A stretch of DNA of 64,000 nucleotides from Paramecium tetraurelia. Lineage: Eukaryota. A program made the translations under genes and the position numbers. The notes under the pieces are model-generated. The model saw only the letters and a program-made list of their open reading frames with translations, ran no database searches and was not told where the DNA came from. The stretch covers positions 62,001 through 126,000 of the forward strand of contig CT868003.1 in the NCBI GenBank assembly GCA_000165425.1. Direction: 5' to 3'. This document shows, one piece after another, positions 53,601 to 64,000 of this stretch; positions within the stretch are counted from its first letter, which is position 1; every line of letters starts with the position of its first letter.

Positions 53601-55556
53601 AAGTGATATCTTCAGCTGAAATACTGATCAATGCAGTGGATTCATTAGGGAAATCATTGATATTATTTGTAATTTTGCCTCTGTCCATATTGACAGAATA
53701 GAAATTCTTCAATCTTTCCAAGACCTCTTCAGCAGATTCCTTGTCATACAAAATGTCAATTAGATATTTGGAATAGATCATCATCAAATTTGGTGGAACA
53801 TCCATATTCATTTTTATGATTCTCTTCCATGAATCTTCGAGCATCTTGTCCACATACATCATGCGAGTTCCCACATCATATAGTTTCCCTAAGTCTGGAG
53901 TGTCTTCACTTAATTGAGACCAAAACTCTATATGTTGTGATGCTGATTTCTCAATCTAAGCCCTGATATCCCTCAGATTGTTCTCAGTGGTAAGTTCATT
54001 GACAGCATCGATGCCAGCAGCTGGATTTTTGGATGACTTTGAATTCTCAAACATCTATTCTTCGATCAGTTTCTTTAATCTGTAAATGATGAATTGTTCA
54101 TCCATGTACGGTTTTTCTTGTTCTGCAGCTACCAATTCTTATAATGCTTATTAATTTGATTACATTTTTTCCATCAAGAACAGCGAATGTGCAATTCTCA
54201 ATTCAGTGCAATTGGGAAACCTCGTTAAGGACAGAGTGAATATCCTCTCCAAAATATACACGAATACGACATATTACTCTTTGATTTCTTCGTCCTGATT
54301 TTAGAGTTTGAAGTTCTTCTGAAATTTGGCAATCTTCTTATTTCCCATGTTTTTAGCCTAACAAGGACAGTCCTCTCTTTTACAGATGGTTCTGTGGTAT
54401 TCAACAAAGCCATCGAGGAGAGTGGCTATGTTTCTATCTGTGTGGTAGTAATTTAAGAATTTGGTTAGATATTGTAATTGTTGGATGGCTTAATTTAAGG
54501 AATCGAACTTATTTGAGTCTATCATCATTATGTCGTATCGATATTCTTTTCGCAGCATCACAATCAACAACAATAATGGACTGCCGAATACCCACAAATA
54601 TGGAGCACCTTCATAATAGGTATCTTCGACGATGATGCCGAAGATGATCATACAGATTGTCCACATGATGATTGCATGTTGTGAATTTAACACTTTCGAG
54701 TAATAATAGTTCAGATAGACACTGGATTTATTGAATGAGAAGAATTGAATGACAGCAAAAAGAGTGATTATTATGACAACCAAAATCCTCAACTCACTCA
54801 CATTCAATAAAGTAAAACACAGTACCAAAATGATTTTGAAGGTCAAAAATTTCATATCGTCTCTCCCTGAAATCTTGCAGAGAGGATTGTTAGGTTGAAA
54901 TCTTGATTCATAGAATGTCATCGTAACCAATCCACTCACGCATATCAAAATTAAGGCAGCAATGGCGGATAAAAATGCGTGTAATAAGTAATTACCAGTA
55001 TAACATTATTGATCACTATAATATCTATGATAACCTGTTCCTGAGTCACAATAAAAGATAGTCAAAAATAAATGGAGTGTTGGCATAAAGAAAATGTAGT
55101 TGAGAATTTCAAAAAATATTTTTAGCACAAACAATGGACCAGTCAATTTACCCACTGATGTTGTCTATGCTTTTATAGCTATAAAGATTATCAGCACTAT
55201 CAATAGAAAAAATAACCCCATTACTATGTATAGTACCAGGATAAAACTTGGAAATTGGACATTTTTCAAATATGGAGATATCATGAAGTATCCAAAAAAT
55301 GATTGAAATGATTCAGACCATGATTTGACCTTCCATAATGATAGGAACTAATTTTATCATATTGAATTACTTCGTCGCTGAATGCAAAGTAAAACACTTA
55401 AAAGCTTTCGATCAGCACAAAGAAAACGTAAAGAAATAAGGGAAAGTTCTCTCCAGATATCAAGTAGTATATAATCTCAAAAAGGAGATTCTTGAAAGAA
55501 TTTTGCATCTTATCTATGGCTGACTTATCATCATCAAAGATTGAAATTCCTTGCAT
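50640..55556 (-). CDS. Large multi-pass PAS-domain membrane protein, TmcB/TmcC-like (copy 1)
   Basis: N-terminal TM bundle, helical region (HIEFWSQL, YSKYLIDILYD), PAS IIGLNMSASKMFGYSKSELINRKVNILMPNVFAQSHDQFM..GYIFP, further TM segments, terminal LLSMIPLNLI. Confidence 0.85.
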
Positions 55557-55590
55557 AATAATAATTCAAATAATAATAAAATAATAATAT

Positions 55591-58500
55591 TCATTTCACT
55601 GCTTATAATATTTCTCCACCAATAAATTATTATTTCAAGTTAGGGTATTTTTGAATGATATCCATAGGTATCATATTCAACATTCCTTTAGTTCTCCAAA
55701 TCTGCTTCGATAGATTATTCAAGTAAGGAGTCCAACAAAAGATGAATGCAGCAAACATCACCACCAAGTACACACTAAATTTCATTTGTTCAATAGAATC
55801 ACTGTAAGATAAGAAGTCTGCTATGCCTGACATGAACCGATCTGTTAAGTAGTCACATGCAGGTGAAATATAATACAATAGCCTATGTAATTTATCGTGA
55901 TAAGTTTAATTGTTGATGGTTGAAATTAAGTCTAATTATTATGATAGATATATCTATACCTGTTCTAGTTCTTTGAGTGTTCTTCCAATAGCTGATCATA
56001 TCATTTGTGCTCAAGGCCACTGACACAAAGGCAGTCTTCAATCCACTTGTAAGTAAACCTGAATCTACAGCTGCACATCCCGATTAATCAGTAACAAAGT
56101 TGTCTAAGTGTTAAGATTACGTATTTACTTATAGTGAAATCGTTGACGCATAAATTATTGTAAGTAAAAGCCTAGAATTTGGACAAATACGAATCAAATT
56201 AGGAAGGGAATGACTAAGTCAAAGATTAGAACAAATTCCTTTCATTATCATACAATCTGCTTTGGAACTCTGTTCTCATATCAATTGAATTTTCCGTTTA
56301 CGTCTTATTGGTCACAACTTCTTCGAACGTGAAGTAAACATTATATTTAATGGAAATAGGTCTTTTGGACGAATATTAAAGATGATCATAAACCTTTTAC
56401 ACATTATCCAAAAAGATCAATTCTAAATTAATGTCCAAAATGAAATAGGAAATAAAGATTAGAGCAAAGATTAGGAATTGAACAATGACTACTGATTTGT
56501 TATTATCCTTTGAGTTTAACAATTTTTATGAGCGAAGATTCTCAATTTCCTCTTCATTTTCCTTTTTGTCTTGTTCTTATTGCTATTGCTATTTTTAATC
56601 ATTCTTGGTAGCACCTTAAGTAAAAGCAGATGGTGTGGCTCTGTTTTCAGAGGGTTTTGCTGTGATGGATGTATGTATAGCATTCGAATTAGGTTGGCCA
56701 GTCTGCAAAACATTCTATCCACTGCCATTCTATCCACTTCCATTGGATCCATTTTATTATTAGGTTTTCTTTTTATCACTCCTGTCTTCTTCTTCATTAT
56801 TCATTTCAAAAACATCTTTGTTCTATGTTTTCTCTACCTCTGGAGGTTAGACATTGGGTTAAGGAGGTTTATCTTCTTTATCAACTATTTCCTTCTTTTC
56901 ATTTTTATCCTCCAAGAATTCCTACATATAATTTTCACATTTAGCAGCCAACTCCTTAATTTCTTAGATTGGAATGATACCAAACAATGACATAACCATG
57001 TTATTTGTTTTATGCACCTAAAACACAATAGGAATGAGGATCATAGCAGATACCACTAAACAGAATATACCAACACCCATAATAACAAAGAAGGTAACTT
57101 AATAATTCTTGATTTCATCTGAGTAAAAATCGAAGAATCGTTGTGCAATACTCTCGGATCCACTTCTCAATACGAATAGTCCATTTGTCATCACATAATA
57201 AAAATTCTTTTGCGTATTATCTACTGTGGTGACAGAACCGTTAAATGATGCAGCTGAAGAGTTTCTGAGTGAAGATGCTGATGTAATGATTTAAAATAAT
57301 GCATCATTGAATATATTGTCGTATCTAGAATGGTAATAATTGAATTGAATACATTTTGGTTTCTCCAGATGTCAACAAAAACGAAACCTAATATGTCTCC
57401 AAATTAGATGATCCAGTCATCCTTGCTTCCATTTTGATTCTGGCCTTAATGACATCAAATTACACCACCTTTAAAGTGTCGACCAAATAGGATAGCTAAT
57501 CAATAATAACATAAAATTACATTGGCCTTTATATATGTATCTGCAGTTGCTGTGGTGTAACCATGTTTATCAGCTATGTAAGTGCTGTTTCCTAACATCT
57601 ACAGCAATCTAGTGTAGAAGTTGACATCTGCCATTATATTATGTCTCAGATATGACAAATAGATGGCATCCGCACCTTCTTAGACATCTGAACTTTGAGT
57701 CATCCTATAGCCCAATATCAATGCACTTAGAACGATGAGTACGAGCATAATAAACCATACAGTTCGTTTCAGAATACGGATATACTTTGGTTCTGTTTTC
57801 TCAGAAATCAAAGCTTTGAAATCTTTCAATTATCTCATATCATCATTTACTGATCCACCAGACAAATTGGATTCACCCTCAGAGGCATTTACATCTTCCT
57901 AGACTTACTACTCATCTTTCATAACAGTTTTCATTTAATTCTACTGTGCTTCTTCAGCAGCTGGTTCCATTGATCTCTATTGTTTAACTTCCTCATTCTC
58001 ATCTACTTCATAGAATCTGATAATTTGTATTTTTTAATCACCAAATTCTGTCTCATCTTAAACGAAAGCCTTAATCTTATATTTTTTGTATCTTTGCTGC
58101 TTTTACAACTTCTTACTCTTGGCCTCCTCTATTTTTGAATTCTAAACTTATTGTGATATATCAACAGCGGTTTCTTTGTATTAATGATTCTAATTCAGCA
58201 TCTAACCTAAATTTGAATCTCCAATCTTAGATTACATTTATGATGCTTATTATGGAGGTTCATAAATGTTTTCTTCCTCTTCCAATGACATCTCATCATC
58301 ACTTTCTCCTCGTCCCAACAGGAAGTTTTATTGGAGTTAAGATGTATCAATAGTAGTAACCAGACCTTGAGATTTGAGATCATCCTGGTTTTTAATATCC
58401 ACTAGTTCTGGAGCAATGGCATCAATAGTAAATTCATTAGTATTTGTTGAATTGCCATAGACCAAAGATGCTGGAATACCATATCTTGTATAACAGGATT

Positions 58501-60868
58501 GGGTAATTCCCAAGATGGCTTGACTATTTACGTTGATGATAATGAAATGCCACTCCTAATCAATTTCTTATTCACTTCTCAAATATGAACTTCCAGGTTC
58601 TATGTCTTTCAAGAATCCCACTATCTAAATTCCTTCATCCAAATTAGGCAAGACTTTAATCATGAGAGTGCATGGCACCAAATAATTGTTCTTATTTTAA
58701 GCCAATAGTATTCTTTCCTATCCAATCACTTTGGAATCACTGGTTTCTAAATAGTTCTTCATGAATTGATCGTGTTGATCAGCATATACTTTTGGCATGA
58801 TTCTATTTACATTCTATCCAATTATGTCTGACTTAGAGAACCCTAGGATTCTAGTGATTTCATTGTTAACATTAGTAACCACACCTATATTATTATAATT
58901 GCCTGAACAAGTGATAATGCAAGTATTGGCATTTTCACCATACTTCTATCTTTCTTAATCCAATCCTAACTTATTGACAGCAGTGCTCTTTTGTATATAT
59001 TCAGCTTTCTCCAAGATCCTTTAACCTTCCACATCGTCATTAACAATATCCTTCAAAAAGTTGCCGTATACTTACAGACATTTGATATGATTCTGATTCA
59101 TCTCTTATAGTTTTTTGTAGAAATCACTTGTAGATTCAACAGTGTTTGTAATTTTAGATCCAAGTGATTACAATTTCTAAATATCTGGGTTTTCTTCTAA
59201 TAGTTCTCTCCAGAATTCCATATGTAAAGTAACACTTTTTTCTATACTACTGAGGAAATTGACAAATTTATTTTAGAATACTACGATGATGTTGACATCT
59301 ACTCCTTTGTTTTCAGATGTTCTCATATCATTCTCAATCATTTCCTCTTCAATCATATTCTTATATCTGTAAATACTAAATTCTTCTTGTAAATTTGGTT
59401 TATTTTCTTCAGTGATCATCAATTCAAATAAGGCTTTGAATTTATTCTTCAATTTCTCATGATGTATGTATGAATTCAACAGATGCAATCTTGGACATTT
59501 TGGATACCTGTCCAGAGCATCAGATATAATACTCTTTATTAATTGATACCATCTCTTTAATTTTTGGGGTGTTTCTTCATCCTTCAAATTGTCAGCTACC
59601 AATTGTTGACATACACAGCTATCACTTGGTTTTCCACAGTTCTTCAAATGCAATTTTAATACACCTTCCAAGACAATTCTGCATTGAAGAATTTCACGAT
59701 TTTCAATTAAATCCATGAGATGATTTATGTAGATTTCGATGTCTGTCTCCTTCTTGAATGATTTAATTGGGGTTCTCAGGAGCTGCTATTGTCGAAAAGT
59801 CAACAACTGGAAGTAAACTAAGGAAAGCAATGGCATTCCCAGAATCATATAAAACAACCCAATATCATCAACTGATCCTAGATCAAGAAATGCCGTAATG
59901 ACTCCAACCAAGCTAGCCCAAAAGAGTAAGACTTCCTGTACGACTATGAAGGTATAGACACTCTTATTGTAGTAGGGGGGAGATCGGTATCTTTAGACCA
60001 ACAACAGCAAATAGAATGCAGCCAATAGAGAGATGTACACTTTAGATATATCGCCATTGAAATCCAGAGTCACGTAGAGTGGTAGCACGATTTTAATGAG
60101 TTGTCTAACCAATGGAGTTTTGGATTGGGGAGAGGAGAATGGAATGGGGGAACTTGGGTTGAGTTCGGCGTAAAGCAGTCCAAAGTAGAGCACATTGATT
60201 AGGAACAAGATCAAACCTATTAACTACGATGATTTATTATATTACAGCCAAGGATATGTGCAGGAAATGCAGACCAGCGTAGCATTCTAAGCCATCTGAA
60301 AATGGAGCATCTGAATTGCAATAAATGGTGGCGATGAAGGAATTGAATATGGGGATTGTCAAAATGGTATTCAAGAGCAAGCCATACAATGAAAATATTT
60401 TTAGACAGTACGTGAGAAAGGTGCTTGGCTTTCGCTTATTCGATGTGAGTTTGAATGTGATTATGATTAGTAAGAATAACATGAGAATCTGAATGCCAAA
60501 AGCCTAGGGATAATAGACAAATCGCACTTACTATGTACATCACTATTAACAGCACATTCACTCCACCGTTGAATATGATATAATTAACTTAAAAGTATTG
60601 CAATGCATTACGGAAGTACTCCAACCACACCGTCTTGAATAAAAATTCCAAGTTCGGATGAATCGAATAGTACAGCTAGATAATTTGTTAATTCAAAAAA
60701 TACAAGTTGGATGAGCTCGATCAACATTAGGAACTTGAACAAGAATGGACTGCAAACCTAATTCTGTAGCAATTCGTGTGTGAGTCCATAGGTCCAGGTT
60801 TTTATTCTGTTCTCAAACCGTTCCCAAATGGACTCGTCATAAAACACTCTTCGATTATTCATAATCAT
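55591..60868 (-). CDS. Large multi-pass PAS-domain membrane protein, TmcB/TmcC-like (copy 2)
   Basis: Same architecture: TM bundle, LHMEFWREL, YGNFLKDIVND, PAS VNNEITRILGFSKSDIIGQNVNRIMPKVYADQHDQFM, TM segments, terminal TKGMLNMIPMDII. Start at 60868 or 60862. Confidence 0.85.
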
Positions 60869-60887
60869 TTTCGATATATAATAAAAT

Positions 60888-61358
60888 ATGATTAATAAGT
60901 AAATTCAATTACCTAAGCACCCTAACATCTCATTCAAATAATACTGTTAATAGTTCGTAAAGGAAAGTCCGAAAGCTAAACTCAACAAAACCTCATATGT
61001 CCTGGGAGACCTACCACTAAACAAACTAAGAGAAAAACAAAAAGAATAATTCAAATCTTTTATCCAAGATCACATTTCCTTGACTCGAAAAATAAGAGAC
61101 GATGCAGAATACGATGCCACTATATACATGGGATTGACATCCAAGTGGCAGAGAGCGAAAAAGGATTATTTCAAATAAGAGATCCCTCTTATCAAATGTG
61201 AATTGGATATGCGTCATATCAAATAGAATCAAGAGCTCAATTTCGATTCCTGGAGAAGGATCGATCAAGTGAGTTAAAAAAGAGTTCGAGGAATCTCAGT
61301 CGACTCAAACATGAAAAAAACTAATCGAAAAACTCACACAACCAGTTTTCGATTTTGA
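60888..61358 (+). CDS. Hypothetical basic protein (156 aa)
   Basis: Uninterrupted 471-nt ciliate-code ORF MINKQIQLPKHPNISFKQYCQQF...THTTSFRF-TGA. Confidence 0.65.
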
Positions 61359-61749
61359 TAATGGTCACTTTCTATATATATATTTTTCCTCATAACTCTT
61401 TACATGATGTAATCAACAGCCAATTTAATTTATTTAATTAATTTATAATTATAAAACAGTTTTCCCAACTCATTCTTTCCTGTAAATCTTACATTGCATC
61501 TCAATCATCCTAAGCTTGTAGAGAATCAATATTAAGAATTGAATCTTTGAAATACTTACAGATACACAATCAAATAGACCTTTTTTTGTCAATATAAGGG
61601 GATAAATCCTACTATTGCACTCTTACTTGATTGAATACGAAGCCTCATTTACATGAATATAAAGAGTTTTGATTAGCAAAATTGATTATAATTTTATATA
61701 AGTTTGAAGCCTTAAAATGAAAATTATTAAAAATTCGTTAAAAATATAA

Positions 61750-63335
61750 ATGGGCAACGAACCATCATCTACGAATGGCAAGACTGATTTTCTCATTCAC
61801 GATTCAAGGATCCTTTCTGGCCCTACTTTAATCAATCAAATGCAATAAAATCAATGGAGAATTGGATTGCAGCATCCGCATCTATTATAGACTTTGGGAG
61901 GATAACCTGAAGGAGAACAATATAGATATTATTTTGAGATTTGTCCAATCACATTGGCCTCATTGCTATCAGAGAGATACGGAACTAAATAATACTTCCC
62001 AGAAGAAGATTTATAAGCATTACTACTAGGGATTGTGAGTGCTTTGAGTTTTCTCTAAGAGAAGGGGATTTCACATGGAGGTATTGATTCATGCTTATAA
62101 TAAGATATTTGCACATAAGAAATATTTTTTGATTCAAATAGTTCTAGTTTTAAAGTTCTAGATTCCAATTTGATTAATGGAAGAGCATATGCAATTCAAG
62201 AATTTATTAATGGTAAATTAAAGTATTTGGCACCAGAAATCATAATCCATCCTACCTAACCAATGTCAGAATATTAATTACATAAGAATGATATCTGGAG
62301 TTTGGGCATGGTTATTTTAGAGGCAGGTACTTTAAAATCAAATGATACGCTATATAAAAATGGATTGCAACCAAAACTCATTTAAGATAGAATTAATGAA
62401 ATTGGTACTATATATGGAAAGCAGTTTGCAGAAAATATAAAAATGATGTTAAATTTCAATCCAAATGAAAGATTGGATTCAGTTAATTTATTTAATTTCC
62501 TTCTTGAATAATAACGTATAGCAAATGAATCTGAATAATAGATTTAATAATAATAATAATTATTATTATAATAATAGTAATAGTAATAATAACAATAGTT
62601 ATTAATGAAACAATAATAAGTAATGTATTAATAATAATAATATTATTATGAATAAAAGATCTCTCATTAAAGTCCAGTTAATAGATAATAATAATAATAA
62701 TCATAAAAGAATTTGTAATAAAATCAATATTTTTTTTAATAATAAAAGTAGTTATAATAACAATTCTAATTTAATTAAACGCAACAATCATCACCATATA
62801 GGAACTAGATCTAAATCTAACCACATATTAGCAACTAATAGCAAAGAACAAATTGCCATCAATAATAGCCTTCCTAAGATTTCATGATGATACAACATGA
62901 AAGAACTGTTTCAATTGAAAAAATGCCAAGTAGAATAATTAAAAAAATCATATATCCGGATTGTAAAGTCGGTTATTAAGACGGTTCCCATTCAGCCTCT
63001 CGTATGGGTATGAAATATTATGTTATGTTTTAGGACAAAATCAGTATTGGCAATCAAAACACACTCCATAAAAAACTCAGAAACAATCAAGCCCACTGCC
63101 GAGGTAACAAAGCTCCCCCTATTAATCGTAATTTATGTATCAGAAATATAATGTGATTGGCAACAAAGAAAATTAGGTTCCATTAAATACGAACGAATAG
63201 TTGAGATGGAAATAGGATATGGGGTAGTCGAAGTTGGTAGTTCAATAATATAATTAATAAAAACCTTCAATTAACGAGGAACCGATAAGGAGAGTAATAG
63301 TTTAATCATAAGCTTTAAGAGATAACTTTGTGTGA
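61750..63335 (+). CDS. Putatively myristoylated kinase-fold protein (pseudokinase) with polyQ tail
   Basis: MGNEPS, HPHLL, LSFLQEKGISHGDICTQEI, KVLDSN, YLAPE, DIWSLGMVILE, MLNFNPNER, then a long Gln-rich region. Two introns. Confidence 0.8.
62536..62870 (+). repeat. TAA/TAG/CAA trinucleotide runs encoding polyglutamine
   Basis: In-frame (TAA)n runs inside the kinase-like ORF. The track's poly-Asn ORF is the wrong frame. Confidence 0.8.
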
Positions 63336-63362
63336 ATTTATTATATAAATTATTATTATAAG

Positions 63363-64000
63363 ATGTTGCCAAAATTACATCAAAGTTCCTCTGTCTAGGC
63401 AGTGAGAACATCTGAAGATTTCAGTTTAAATGAAGTCAAAAGAAGATAAAAATAATTAGAGTTGGAATCTTAGACAGTTGAGAATAGAATCAAATAAATA
63501 AGGAAAGAAAATGAGAAACTGTCAAAAAAAGTAGAGATGGCAGAACAATTGGCACTTGATGTGTATGCCTCACGACTTGCATAGAAGATGAAAGTAATTA
63601 TTTCAGGTGTAATAAGTAAAATAGAAAGAACAGAAGTAACATCAACTATCTATGACTGATCCAACTAAATATTAGTAAACCCAGTATGAGAGAATGCATC
63701 TCAAAAAGATGAAGTAAGAGGTAAAGGAGATGAAACATTCAGATGCTTAATTAATGAAAAATTCCATTAAATTCGAATTGATGAGAACAAATGAAGAGCA
63801 AATTAAAATGGCCTAAAATCTGAGGTTGAGAGCAACTTTGAAGAAGGAGGAGGAAAAATTGTCATAAGCGATGATTCAAGAAAAGTTATATGAGAAATAG
63901 CAAAAGGTGAGGTTGGAGTAGGAGAGGGAGAGATAAAAGATAATAATGGAAAATGAAAAACAGGAGTATTCAATTAAACAATTAGAAGCGTAGGAGTTGA
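63363..64000 (+). CDS. Coiled-coil protein, truncated by window end
   Basis: MLPKLHQSSSVQAVRTSEDF..VENRIKQIRKENEKL.., E/K/Q-rich helix open to the window edge. One ~31-nt intron. Confidence 0.65.

Overview
This is eukaryotic DNA: a very AT-rich, gene-dense stretch of a ciliate somatic (macronuclear) chromosome, almost certainly Paramecium. TAA/TAG read as Gln, TGA is the only stop, and genes carry tiny (about 20-31 nt) GT-AG introns, so the supplied standard-code ORF track fragments or misses nearly every gene. Hand translation with the ciliate code gives about 32 genes. Recognisable ones are a trichocyst-matrix-like secretory protein, a formin, a probably GPI-anchored alpha carbonic anhydrase, a membrane thioredoxin, ARL2, an FHA protein, a ~7 kb TRANK1-like UvrD helicase/TPR gene, a RING-CH E3, an ankyrin-DHHC palmitoyltransferase, arginyl-tRNA synthetase, an HMG-box protein, a PKA catalytic subunit, EF-1alpha, a PH + permuted NlpC/P60 protein, PP2C, cathepsin B, two pseudokinases, a degenerate membrane histidine-kinase-like protein, a CS-domain protein and two tandem TmcB-like PAS membrane proteins. 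Several AT-rich blocks look like decayed genes. I saw no rRNA, tRNA, telomere, transposon or CRISPR. I cannot demonstrate a new multi-gene system. The best leads are the TRANK1-like helicase and its unexplained frame break, the tandem PAS sensors, the PH-thiol hydrolase fusion, and gene pairs separated by only 8-19 nt. All coordinates and intron calls are manual, CDS spans include introns, and family assignments rest on motif recognition rather than database searches.
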